The notes: a model not told the origin generated them from the letters alone. Positions 16,115 through 25,323 are shown, counted from the first letter of the stretch. The stretch: DNA of 64,000 bases from an uncultured Polyangiaceae bacterium (GCA_964392575.1 CAYMQT010000002.1:21832-85831); one strand, 5' to 3'. Numbers and translations are program-made.

Positions 16115-18799
16115 TCACTCCTTTGCGCCGACCGAGAACGTGTGCGGGCGCATGATTGTGTCGGAGCCGTAAAGCCGGGTTTGTTCGGCGCCGGTTCCCG
16201 GTGGAGTCGGTGTGCCGGCCCGCTCGACGAGCGAGGGCGGATGGGAGCCTCGGTCCAAGTCGACGACGAGATCGCATCCCAGGTCGACGAGGAGTTGAGC
16301 GAGAGGGGCAGGCGTGTCGTGCTCCATCCGGGCGATGAGGAGGGAGCCGCTCCTATCGATGCAGAGGGCCGCCCGGCGCCGCACGCCGCCGAGCTCCCTC
16401 GATTCAGGCAGGAGAGCCCCGTCACGCGCCAGGACCGGAAGCTGAACCACAGTCTGACCGTCCTTTTCCACCTGGGGCTCTCCGGGCGGTAAGAGAGAAA
16501 GGTCTCCGTCGGTGAGGATCAGACTTGCGTAGTTTCTTTTGAGCGGGACCACGACCTGCCTGCCGATGCTGAGCCCGGTGCGGCTGCCTCGTGTTCCATG
16601 TCCCATGCCCCACGCGATCAGCGGACGCACAGGAGGAGCGGGAAGCGACCCGCTCGCATTCCCTTCTCCTGAACCCACCTCGATGGAGAAGGCGAGCCTC
16701 CCAGCGTCCACTCGGTCGATGGTCACCGGGATCTGCGCAATGGTCTTGTCGCCGAAGAAGAGCCCGGGGATGTTTGGGGGGCTGGGGGAGTCGCCGGGGG
16801 CCACCCGCCAACTCACGCCTTCGGAGTGTGGCAGGCTGCTTTTCTTCATCACGTAGAAGAAGTCCTTCGGCGACCAGCGTACGTAGCGGGTGGGGTTTAC
16901 GTTCATACGCGGATCGAGCGGTCTCCCGCGCGCGGAGAAGGGCTCGACGGAGTCGACTTGATTGAGGAGGAACGCGCAGTGCCCTGGGTTCATGTCGAGG
17001 TGGACGGCGTAGGTGCATCCCGCTCCGGAGAGTCCCTGCGCCAGCGCCTCACCCGTGGCCTCCGTCGCCCATGCGTAGAGGAGATGTCCCGTTTCGTGCA
17101 GACAAAGAGCGGTTCTTTGCACCGCCACCCCTGCGCCATAGAGGTGTTCGCCCCAGACTTTGCGCCCGCTCGGGTTGGGTTTTCCGTCCTTGACGAGAGG
17201 ATCGAGATTTTGACGGAACGCGAGGAAGTCCGCTTGATCCATCTCTCGCGTCCACGTTCCAAACCCCACTCGTTCGCGCTTGTCGATCAGTACACTCGCT
17301 GCACCCTCGACGGGAGGAACAAGGACGCGGCCCTCGGCCTTCATCCCGTAGCGCCCGTGAGTGGCCTTGAAAGCTCCGTTGAAGGTAGCCACGACGCGGC
17401 GAGCGATCTTGGGATCTCGCGGCAGATGACCGCTGCCCGGCGGGCCTGTGTCCGGATGCGGATCCTCATACCCTGCGCCGATGCCCAGAGAGAGTCGACG
17501 CATGTCCATCGCCACCAGATGGATCTCTGCGTACGGACGTTCGGCATCGGTGTGCAGGACTGTGCGATAGAAAGAGGGTACAGGCTCCTTTTCCAGGTAG
17601 ACGAGCGGCGTCCATCGGCCGTCCCCTTCGTCGAGACCGGAGGTGAGGGGTGGTGGAGGCCAGGACGGTTGGTCCTTGGGTGGTGGCGTAGGTTTGGGCG
17701 GAGCGGTCTTTGCGGGGCCTCGGTGGTTTGCGGGGGCCCGGTGGCTTGCGTGATAGGTGGCGCGCGTGAGTCCGTCGGCCAAGGAAAAGGTGCGACCTTC
17801 CACCCAAGCGACCACGCCTGGTCCGGCGAATCTTCGGCCAGCGTCCGCCAGGAAATGGAGCCAGGGCACCGGCGTGGTGACCCGCGGATTGAGGCTGATT
17901 CCCGCCTGATCGAGCAGGGGAGCGAGGCGCCCTGAATCTTGCTGCAAGAAGTTTGTGGTCTCGTCCCGGACCTCGCCCCCGGGGTAGGACACGCGAAGCG
18001 TTCCATTCGTGAGCTTTGCGATCACCGGTCCTGGAACTGTTTCGGAGAAGATGAGATCGCTCCTTTGGAGCCCTGACGAGCGCCCCGTCGACAAGTAGTT
18101 GCGAAGGGCGATCTGCAATCGGCCGAGAAGAGTTTCTTTGGCTAAAGCAGGTGAAGAGAAGGAGAGCACGGTCAAGCTCTGCGGCCCCAGCTTGGCTTCG
18201 GTGGCAAACATGGCGAAGCTCCCGTTCCCGGTCAGGCCGTACTCGTGTGCGGCCTCGGTTTCTGTCAGATTTCTCGCTGTGCCAATACTGAGCACGCGAC
18301 CCTCCTTCGATACGCGAACGCTAGAAAAGAATACTTCGCCCGCGTCGCCCTTGGATCCGCGCGAGGAGCCTTCAAACAGAAGGGGTCGTCCTATCAGGTA
18401 GTCTGTCAGTACTCCTTGGCTCTTGCCCCAGACGAAAGCGTCTGTTTCGCAGTCGCACGCTTGTCCTAGAGCGGCTTTCAAGCTCTCTTCATCCGAGACG
18501 CGGGGTCCTGAACTCAGAGAAACCGACGCTATGGCCGCGGCGGCCGCAAACCCCAAGAGCGGCGCACGAGCTTTCAGGTATCCTTGAGGAAGGGGCACGG
18601 GTTCCGGGTTAGAACGTGCCTCCGGGTGTGGCAAGACGAGCCCGACTTGTGACAGGGCATTCCTGCTGTTACTCGACCGCGTGAACGAATCGTCCTCCCA
18701 GGGCTTAGACGACGTCCGAGAGAACCCGCTCCCCGAAGCCGCTGGGAACGGGTCCCCCGCGGTCAAGAGTCCAAGCAACCTGGCGGTTCGTCTCCTCAC
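16115..18799 (-). CDS. Large exported protein with phosphodiester glycosidase (DUF2233)-like domains
   Basis: Two DUF2233-like segments (ALAQGLSGAGCTYAVHLDMNPGH; PLAQLLVDLGCDLVVDLDRGSH) and a Pro-rich linker. The 5' end is uncertain: GTG 18799 overlaps cdsA by 119 nt, and an alternative TTG lies near 18634. Confidence 0.6.
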   Translation of the reverse strand: MRRRTARLLGLLTAGDPFPAASGSGFSRTSSKPWEDDSFTRSSNSRNALSQVGLVLPHPEARSNPEPVPLPQGYLKARAPLLGFAAAAAIASVSLSSGPRVSDEESLKAALGQACDCETDAFVWGKSQGVLTDYLIGRPLLFEGSSRGSKGDAGEVFFSSVRVSKEGRVLSIGTARNLTETEAAHEYGLTGNGSFAMFATEAKLGPQSLTVLSFSSPALAKETLLGRLQIALRNYLSTGRSSGLQRSDLIFSETVPGPVIAKLTNGTLRVSYPGGEVRDETTNFLQQDSGRLAPLLDQAGISLNPRVTTPVPWLHFLADAGRRFAGPGVVAWVEGRTFSLADGLTRATYHASHRAPANHRGPAKTAPPKPTPPPKDQPSWPPPPLTSGLDEGDGRWTPLVYLEKEPVPSFYRTVLHTDAERPYAEIHLVAMDMRRLSLGIGAGYEDPHPDTGPPGSGHLPRDPKIARRVVATFNGAFKATHGRYGMKAEGRVLVPPVEGAASVLIDKRERVGFGTWTREMDQADFLAFRQNLDPLVKDGKPNPSGRKVWGEHLYGAGVAVQRTALCLHETGHLLYAWATEATGEALAQGLSGAGCTYAVHLDMNPGHCAFLLNQVDSVEPFSARGRPLDPRMNVNPTRYVRWSPKDFFYVMKKSSLPHSEGVSWRVAPGDSPSPPNIPGLFFGDKTIAQIPVTIDRVDAGRLAFSIEVGSGEGNASGSLPAPPVRPLIAWGMGHGTRGSRTGLSIGRQVVVPLKRNYASLILTDGDLSLLPPGEPQVEKDGQTVVQLPVLARDGALLPESRELGGVRRRAALCIDRSGSLLIARMEHDTPAPLAQLLVDLGCDLVVDLDRGSHPPSLVERAGTPTPPGTGAEQTRLYGSDTIMRPHTFSVGAKE

Positions 18800-19574
18800 G
18801 ACAGCGGTTCTCGGCCCTCTTTTGCTCGTGCTGCTTTTCTATGGCCCTGCCTGGGGCTGGGCGGTGTTCATTTGCCTGTCCTCGGTGCAAGTCGCTCGGG
18901 AGATGTTGGCCATGAGTCATCCGGAGGACACCGTTTCTCAATGGGTGGGAGCTTTGAGCGCGGGCGCAATCACGGGTATGACCTACCTTGCCAAGGACGA
19001 CCCGCGCCTGTTCATGACCGGTGTGATCCTTTCTCTGTTCTTGAGTGCGCTCCTTTCGCTCGTGCGCTTGGGACAGATCGAGACCGCAGCCTTGCGCCTC
19101 CTTGGGGGGATGTCTGGCCCCCTGTACATCGGCGTGATGCTGGCCAGCTTGGCCCTTCTCAGATCTCAGGACCACGGCTCCCAGTATGTCCTGCTCACGC
19201 TCTTCATCGCCTGGATGGGTGACACCGGAGGCTATGTTTTTGGGCGTCTCTTCGGGAAGACGAAACTTTACCCTGCGGTCAGTCCCAAGAAGACGCGCGA
19301 GGGCCTTTTGGGTTCGGTCGTCTTTTCTACCGTGTCTTCAGGAGCAACGAGCCTGCTTTGGCTCGATTCGCTTCCGTTGGTCCACGCCCTATTCTTGGGG
19401 GCGGTAGGGGCCGTTCTGGGGACGGCCGGAGATCTCGTCGAATCTCTGCTCAAGCGGTCCACCGGAGTCAAGGACTCCGGATCCATTCTGCCCGGACATG
19501 GTGGTCTGTTCGACCGCGTGGACGCGCTGGTCGTGGTAGGACCGTTCGTTTATCTTTACACCTTATGGTTGTGA
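18681..19574 (+). CDS. cdsA: Phosphatidate cytidylyltransferase (CDP-diglyceride synthase)
   Basis: Multi-TM protein with the CdsA signature region (WMGDTGGYVFGRLFGKTKLYPAVSPKKTREG ... GHGGLFDRVDAL). GTG start. Confidence 0.85.
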   Translation: MNESSSQGLDDVRENPLPEAAGNGSPAVKSPSNLAVRLLTTAVLGPLLLVLLFYGPAWGWAVFICLSSVQVAREMLAMSHPEDTVSQWVGALSAGAITGMTYLAKDDPRLFMTGVILSLFLSALLSLVRLGQIETAALRLLGGMSGPLYIGVMLASLALLRSQDHGSQYVLLTLFIAWMGDTGGYVFGRLFGKTKLYPAVSPKKTREGLLGSVVFSTVSSGATSLLWLDSLPLVHALFLGAVGAVLGTAGDLVESLLKRSTGVKDSGSILPGHGGLFDRVDALVVVGPFVYLYTLWL

Positions 19575-19648
19575 ACCGCCCTTAGGTGTAACCCTGGATG
19601 TGAACCGTCCTTGGATATGACCGCCCCCCATTAGGAAAGCCCAACGCC

Positions 19649-20932
19649 GTGACAGCACAAGACCCGAATGATCCACAAGCCTTTCAGTTCTTCAATGTGG
19701 TTCAGGGATACGTGGACGAGGCAGCGAGACTCATCGAGCTGCCAGAATATCTACGCAAGATCCTTCCCGAGACCGAGAGCGAAATCATCGTTCATTTTCC
19801 GGTTAAACTCGATAACGGTGACGTCGAAGTCTTCAAGGGTTACCGCATTCAGCACAACGACATTCTGGGTCCCTACAAGGGCGGTCTTCGCTTCCATCCT
19901 CATGCTGGGCTCGATGATTTCAAGGCTCTCGCTTCGTTGATGACCTGGAAGTGTTCGCTCATCGGGGTTCCTTTTGGGGGAGCGAAGGGCGGGATTAAGT
20001 ACGACCCTCGTCAGTATTCTGCGACGGAAAATGAGCGCATCACCCGCCGTTTCATCCATTCGCTGGGAGCCAACATCGGGCCTGATCGCGACATTCCGGC
20101 GCCCGACGTCGGTACGAGCGAGCAGACGATGGCGTGGGCGATGGACACGTTCGTAAATACGCAAGGCAGTGGCGGAAATCAGGCGAACCGGGGCGTCGTC
20201 ACAGGGAAACCGATCGCCACGGGAGGGTCAGCTGGTCGTACGAAGGCCACCGGGCAAGGCGTCGTCCATTGCATCTTGGACTGGGCTGATCGCAATGGAT
20301 TTGAGCTCGAAGGGAAGAAGCTCATGGTTCAGGGCTTCGGGAACGTGGGGAGTCACGCGGCCGTCCTTCTCAGTCAGCTGGGGGTCTCGGTCGTGGCCGT
20401 CGGTGATCATACGGGGTATCTCTGTAACGCTGAAGGGTTCAACGCCTACCGTCTGCAGGACTACGTGAGAAGCCACGGTTCGATCTCCGGCTACCCCAAC
20501 GGTCAGGCCATCGAGCGGGAAGAGTTTTTCGGTCTCGACGCCGATATTTTTATCCCTGCCGCACTCGAGAATCAGGTGAGAGAGCCTGAGGCTCGGGCGC
20601 TCAAAGTGCGGCTGGTGGCCGAAGGTGCCAACGGTCCGTGCACCCCGGCTGCTGAGAAAATTCTCGAAGAGCGTGGCATTTGTGTGCTCCCGGACATTCT
20701 GGTCAATGCGGGGGGGGTGACCGTCAGCTACTACGAATGGGTGCAGAATCGGCGCAGTGAGACGTGGACCCTCGCTGAGGTGGAGCAGCGCCTAGAAAAG
20801 GCGATGCACCAGGGCTCTCAACTGATGCACGACGTGGCGGGGCGCTACAAATGTGGCTTTCGAATCGCTTGTTACGCTGCTGCTCTGGAAAGACTCCGGA
20901 CGGTCTATGAGCAGCGCGGTATCTTTCCCTGA
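19649..20932 (+). CDS. gdhA: Glutamate dehydrogenase
   Basis: Glu/Leu/Phe/Val dehydrogenase motifs (KGGLRFHP; GVPFGGAKGGI; GFGNVG Rossmann). Confidence 0.95.
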   Translation: MTAQDPNDPQAFQFFNVVQGYVDEAARLIELPEYLRKILPETESEIIVHFPVKLDNGDVEVFKGYRIQHNDILGPYKGGLRFHPHAGLDDFKALASLMTWKCSLIGVPFGGAKGGIKYDPRQYSATENERITRRFIHSLGANIGPDRDIPAPDVGTSEQTMAWAMDTFVNTQGSGGNQANRGVVTGKPIATGGSAGRTKATGQGVVHCILDWADRNGFELEGKKLMVQGFGNVGSHAAVLLSQLGVSVVAVGDHTGYLCNAEGFNAYRLQDYVRSHGSISGYPNGQAIEREEFFGLDADIFIPAALENQVREPEARALKVRLVAEGANGPCTPAAEKILEERGICVLPDILVNAGGVTVSYYEWVQNRRSETWTLAEVEQRLEKAMHQGSQLMHDVAGRYKCGFRIACYAAALERLRTVYEQRGIFP

Positions 20933-20946
20933 AGCAATCGGTAGTT

Positions 20947-21585
20947 TCAGTATTCGATTTCCCAGGCAAGCTGCTGCCCGGTGAGGTTGCCATCGATCTT
21001 GACGTAGTACGGCGATCCGTGCGGCATCGCTACGGAGTTGCTGCGCTCGAGATCCAAGATGGCCGTTTGCGCGTTCACGCTGGAGATGTCGCCGAAGCTC
21101 TTCGTATAGTTAGTTCCTGCCACTGACACAGTGCCGGCGACGTTGCCGTCGTTGTTCTGAATTTTGATCTTGACCGTGACGTACACGTAATCGGGAACCA
21201 CAACCTTCATGCAAGGAACGGCTGGGATGGTGGTCCAGTCGCCCGCTACAGCCACGGTCGAGTTGCTGTCATTGCAATCTCCGGCCACTGTTGAACCGCC
21301 AGCTCCCGCAACATCACCACCAGAACCGAGGGTGCTTCCGCCAGAATCGAAGGTGCTGCCACCAGAACCGAGGGTGCTTCCGCCAGAACCGAGGGTGCTT
21401 CCGCCAGAACCGAGGGTGCTGCCTCCGCTGCCGTCACCTGTATTTCCTCCGGTGGTGAGAGAATCGCCATCTCCGTCTCCACCCTTGCTGTCGTCCTCTG
21501 AGACGTCAGCGTCTTCTTCTTCACCAATCGTGGCGCAGGCAGACAAGAAGGAAAGGCAGAACAGACTCGTTGTGTATAGCTTCAT
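20947..21585 (-). CDS. Secreted lipoprotein with a (GGSTLGS)n linker and a beta-rich C-terminal domain
   Basis: Start placed at ATG 21585, preceded by AGGAG, giving the lipoprotein signal MKLYTTSLFCLSFLSAC. The Gly/Ser repeat is encoded by the 21-bp tandem repeats. Confidence 0.65.
   Translation of the reverse strand: MKLYTTSLFCLSFLSACATIGEEEDADVSEDDSKGGDGDGDSLTTGGNTGDGSGGSTLGSGGSTLGSGGSTLGSGGSTFDSGGSTLGSGGDVAGAGGSTVAGDCNDSNSTVAVAGDWTTIPAVPCMKVVVPDYVYVTVKIKIQNNDGNVAGTVSVAGTNYTKSFGDISSVNAQTAILDLERSNSVAMPHGSPYYVKIDGNLTGQQLAWEIEY
21320..21424. repeat. Five tandem 21-bp units (CCAGAACCGAGGGTGCTTCCG), coding on the minus strand
   Basis: Read directly. Units start at 21320, 21341, 21362, 21383 and 21404. 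They encode GGSTLGS repeats. Confidence 0.9.
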
Positions 21586-21913
21586 GGGTGCTCCTAATTT
21601 TGCGAAGGCAACAGGCGCACGCGCGCCACGTGAATGCGTGAGAGGCACATGACAGCTGCGGCACTCTTGTGCTGCGCAATAGAGTTCAACGACCTGTTCG
21701 TTTCGGCTCACAATTTCCTGCCTCATGTCCGTTCCGTTTCTGGAACATCAAGAAGGCGCTTTCATTTTCGCACTACAACAATTGAGCACTCTAAGCGGTA
21801 CGAGCGTGGACAATGACGACAATCGACCAGGGTTGTTTGTGAAAGCGGAACCAAAGGATCGGCATCGTGCAAACGGTTGAGCCGTTTGCCCTCACCGGCG
21901 TACACTTCAGCGT

Positions 21914-23281
21914 GTGATGACGCGACCCAATCTCCTCTGGTGCTGCTTGTTCAGCCTGACCTCGGTCACTTGTGCCTGCGGGGCAGAACCCACGACGAAC
22001 CAGAGCGAGGACACACCGAGCACCGGCTCTTCCGCTGCGATGAGCACAGGTGGCTCTACAGGGGATGGGGATGCTACGGGCGGCACAGTCGGCTCTGGAG
22101 GATCTCCCCTGAGCAGTGGGGGCGCCCCTGCTGCGACGGGTGGTGCCGAGCCTTTACCTGACGTTTCTTTCTGTAAAACCGCACTCGATGCGGCCGAAGC
22201 CCAGCTCGCTGGCTTCCGGACTGCTTATGGTAGCAACAATAAGTCGAATGCCATTCCGCGCGCGTTCAACGGAGTGAGCACAGATACAAGAAATGCCTAC
22301 GACTGGACGAGCGGATTCGTCGCAGGGACTCTTTGGTACCTCTACGAGTACACAGAGGACGCAGACGTGCTCGAAGAGGCGAGAGAGTGGACCGAAGCGC
22401 TATCGAGTCAACAATACTACGCTGGTGACCACGATCTCGGTTTCAAGATGAACAATACTTACGGTCACGGTTATCGAATGGCGGGGATTGAGGAATATCT
22501 CCCCGTGATCCTGCAGACCTCGGATACGCTTCTCACCCGCTATTCGGTCGCGACGGGAGTCATCGAGTCCTGGGATTCATTTGGGGCGATTGCTTATCCA
22601 GTCATCATCGACAACATGATGAACCTAGAGATGCTCTTCTTCGCCACAAAGAGTGGAGGAAAGGAAGAATTTGCGGCCGCGGCCATCAGTCACGCGGACA
22701 AGACACTTGCCAACCACTTCCGGGAAGATGGCAGCAGTTACCATGTGCTCGGTTACGACCCCTCCTCCGGAGCTGTCACCCATAGGGTGACGGCTCAAGG
22801 TTTGGCCGACGAGTCTGCCTGGGCACGAGGTCAAGCGTGGGGGCTCTACGGCTTCGTGATGTCCTACCGCGAAACGGGCGACGTGAAGTACCTGGAGCAA
22901 GCGCAAAAGATTGCCAACTTCCTGATCGACCATGAGGACACCCCGGAAGATGGCGTGTTTTATTTTGACTTTGATGCGCCTCATCGCGACGACGTTCAAA
23001 ATCATCGCGATGCTTCGGCAGCCGCCATTTCAGCGAGTGCCTTGTTAGAACTTTTTGATAGGGTCGAGGGAAGCAACAGGGAAAAATACCGCGACTTCGC
23101 CCTCCATCAACTCAAGAGTCTCACTTCGCCCGACTACGCAGCTCCCCTCGGTACCAATGGTCACTTCCTGCTGCGGCATTCGGTGGGACACTATCCGGCA
23201 AGTTCAGAAGTCGATGTCGCTATCAACTACGCGGACTATTACTACATGGAAGCTCTACTGCGCTGCGCTCGTCTGCAATAG
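21914..23281 (+). CDS. Glycoside hydrolase family 88 (unsaturated glucuronyl hydrolase-like) lipoprotein
   Basis: Signal/lipobox followed by a G/S/D linker, then GH88-type motifs (WTSGFVAGTLWYLYEYT; DHDLGFKM; ARGQAWGLYGF). Confidence 0.85.
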   Translation: MMTRPNLLWCCLFSLTSVTCACGAEPTTNQSEDTPSTGSSAAMSTGGSTGDGDATGGTVGSGGSPLSSGGAPAATGGAEPLPDVSFCKTALDAAEAQLAGFRTAYGSNNKSNAIPRAFNGVSTDTRNAYDWTSGFVAGTLWYLYEYTEDADVLEEAREWTEALSSQQYYAGDHDLGFKMNNTYGHGYRMAGIEEYLPVILQTSDTLLTRYSVATGVIESWDSFGAIAYPVIIDNMMNLEMLFFATKSGGKEEFAAAAISHADKTLANHFREDGSSYHVLGYDPSSGAVTHRVTAQGLADESAWARGQAWGLYGFVMSYRETGDVKYLEQAQKIANFLIDHEDTPEDGVFYFDFDAPHRDDVQNHRDASAAAISASALLELFDRVEGSNREKYRDFALHQLKSLTSPDYAAPLGTNGHFLLRHSVGHYPASSEVDVAINYADYYYMEALLRCARLQ

Positions 23282-23314
23282 CTGCGGACATTACCGAGGC
23301 AGGCGCGACATGAC

Positions 23315-23989
23315 GTGTGCCTAGTTGTGCCCGATCTCACGCCCAACACCGCGCTCATCGAGTTGCGAGGTGAGTCAGCAGCACCCAGCGCCAAGGTCGA
23401 TGCGTATCTCTTGAACGAGGATTCTCCCCTCGTCACCGTTTACAACATCAGCGTTGCCGAGCACGAAAATTACTTTGCCGGGGGTGTCCTCGTGCATAAC
23501 AAGAGTGGAGGGGTGGCCAGCTACTGTGCGCTTTCATCTTGGCAAGGAGACTGCACGGAACTCGCTTGCACAGCTTTGGGCGGTGCCGGGGCCGGGGGGC
23601 TGGGTCCGGAAGATCTCGATCCGGTGAGCAGCTTGGTCTTGGAGATGCTCGTGTGTGATGCGGCTTCTCTTACAACGCCCCTCCACCTGACATTTGATGC
23701 GCTCGGGTTTATTAAAGGTACGGTGTATCGAGGTGATGCATGCTTGGGTTCTCTCGTGGGAACCGTATCGAGAGTCTGGCGCGGAGCGAGTGACCCAGAA
23801 GGCGACTCAGAATGGCAGACGTACTGTTTCACCATGCCCAATCACCAGAGCGGTGAGTATGTGGCGCTGGTCGGGAGCGAAGGTTCGGAGCTCGCAAACC
23901 TGCGCCAAGTCGATAGTTGTACCTGCACAGCCGAGACACAGTTCAGCGTTTGTTATACCGGTCAAACTACCAGCTGCGTTCCTGAGTAG
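23315..23989 (+). CDS. Orphan fragment: Hint/intein C-terminal motif plus a Cys-rich C-terminal module
   Basis: The ORF opens with only the last ~45 aa of a Hint domain (PLVTVYNISVAEHENYFAGGVLVHN), followed by ~165 aa with 10 Cys. No N-terminal Hint half or carrier protein lies upstream. GTG start. Confidence 0.4.
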   Translation: MCLVVPDLTPNTALIELRGESAAPSAKVDAYLLNEDSPLVTVYNISVAEHENYFAGGVLVHNKSGGVASYCALSSWQGDCTELACTALGGAGAGGLGPEDLDPVSSLVLEMLVCDAASLTTPLHLTFDALGFIKGTVYRGDACLGSLVGTVSRVWRGASDPEGDSEWQTYCFTMPNHQSGEYVALVGSEGSELANLRQVDSCTCTAETQFSVCYTGQTTSCVPE

Positions 23990-24023
23990 CTACAGAACAG
24001 CAACGTCTTATTGGACGGCATGC

Positions 24024-24171
24024 CTAGAACATATCTCATAACTGGTAAGGGCGTAGCCGCCGCCCACCCCAAATGGGTGAGGCGAGCGTCGGCGGAGCCA
24101 AATCTACAGGTCTGCTCGATGCGTAGATGTGTCTGTTTGGAGCGTATCTCAGGTTATGAGATGCGCTCTAG
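24024..24171. repeat. Repeat element copy A (about 148 bp, imperfect 19-bp terminal inverted repeats, MITE/REP-like)
   Basis: The left end CTAGAACATATCTCATAAC (24024-24042) matches the reverse complement of the right end GTTATGAGATGCGCTCTAG (24153-24171) at 16/19. The core 24024-24100 is about 85-90 percent identical to the reverse complement of 57513-57589. Confidence 0.6.
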
Positions 24172-24758
24172 CTTCCGCATCCCATCCGCGCCTTGAACGA
24201 CCAACGGGTCGACATCCCCACCGTGGTCGAGGTGACGTGTCCTTCTGCATCGAGGAAATAGTTCGTGGGGAATATCGTGATTCGGTACTGGTCGATGATG
24301 GCGTCACTGCCAAGCAGAACCGGGTAGCGGACGCCACGCTCACGCATGAAGGTCTGGACCGCATCGCGATCATGGCCATTGGCGACCACCGTGAGCAGCA
24401 CTTGGTCTTCGTCGAGGGAATCAAGCAGCGCGTTCAGAGTGCCGACTTCTTGGCGGCAAACTCCACACCAAGTGGCCCAGAAATGGAGAAGCACCGATTT
24501 ACCCTGATAGTCGCTGAGACGCACCACACGACCTTCGAGGTCAGAGAGCGCAAATTGCGGGGCCAGCGTTTCACCATGAGGGAGCAGGTCCCGCGTCTGC
24601 CAGTGACTTACCGTCAAGAACACGCCGAGCACGATCAGCGCCTGTAGTACCCAGCGACGCACACGCCGCCACCAAGAGTCGTTCGGAGGCGTACCCTCCG
24701 GGTTGGACAATTCATTTTTCCGCAAGATTGAAGCCATTGGTTTCGTGCTCACGTTCAA
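24168..24758 (-). CDS. TlpA/ResA-like thiol:disulfide oxidoreductase (redoxin, membrane-anchored)
   Basis: N-terminal TM anchor and a thioredoxin-fold CxxC motif (HFWATWCGVCRQE). Confidence 0.8.
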   Translation of the reverse strand: MNVSTKPMASILRKNELSNPEGTPPNDSWWRRVRRWVLQALIVLGVFLTVSHWQTRDLLPHGETLAPQFALSDLEGRVVRLSDYQGKSVLLHFWATWCGVCRQEVGTLNALLDSLDEDQVLLTVVANGHDRDAVQTFMRERGVRYPVLLGSDAIIDQYRITIFPTNYFLDAEGHVTSTTVGMSTRWSFKARMGCGS

Positions 24759-24861
24759 TCTGAATGCACGATCCGACTCTACAGCACCAGCTCAAAAATG
24801 GTGAGGGCTCCGCCGCCGCCCCCAAAACGGGTGAAGTAAGCCCGGCCAAAGTGAGTGCCTA

Positions 24862-25323
24862 TTATGGGTTTTCTACTCGCTGCCTCAACCACCCGGCGAG
24901 ATCGACCGTTGCCTGCCGGCAGCGAGTCAAGTGTTCACATTGGTTGTTCGGGTATGAGGGTCTCTGGTACGTCGGAACTACGAGCCCTTCAAGCTGTTCG
25001 TCTTCGTCGAGAATGACTGCCAGGTTTACCCGCTCCGGCGCAGAAGGAATGGAGATCTCCTCTGCAAGCGACTGCACTTCAGGGCTGTCGCATCTCAGAA
25101 CTGCTTCTGAGGTTGCCCCTGCGGCCCCTGCGGGGATCTGCTCACATCTCACCCGGTGCTCATCGAACTCGAAATGGATGATCCGAATGCGCTCCAGAAG
25201 AGGGTCCTCTGCGTCAAATGTGAAGGAGAGATGATCAAGGCACGGGAGCAACGGACAAATTTCGATGCAGCTCACAAGGGACAGGAGCACTAGAGAGAAG
25301 AACGCCTGGCGGAAGAGCGACAC
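24862..25323 (-). CDS. Hypothetical lipoprotein
   Basis: Signal with lipobox (MSLFRQAFFSLVLLSLVSC). No recognisable domain. Confidence 0.4.
   Translation of the reverse strand: MSLFRQAFFSLVLLSLVSCIEICPLLPCLDHLSFTFDAEDPLLERIRIIHFEFDEHRVRCEQIPAGAAGATSEAVLRCDSPEVQSLAEEISIPSAPERVNLAVILDEDEQLEGLVVPTYQRPSYPNNQCEHLTRCRQATVDLAGWLRQRVENP

Noticed and set aside
23279-23317. Stop-codon readthrough or fusion of the GH88 gene into the in-frame Hint-fragment ORF.
   Set aside because: A shared frame has a one-in-three chance expectation, a GH88-Hint architecture is not one I know, and 11 unremarkable codons separate them. It is mentioned only as context in the finding.
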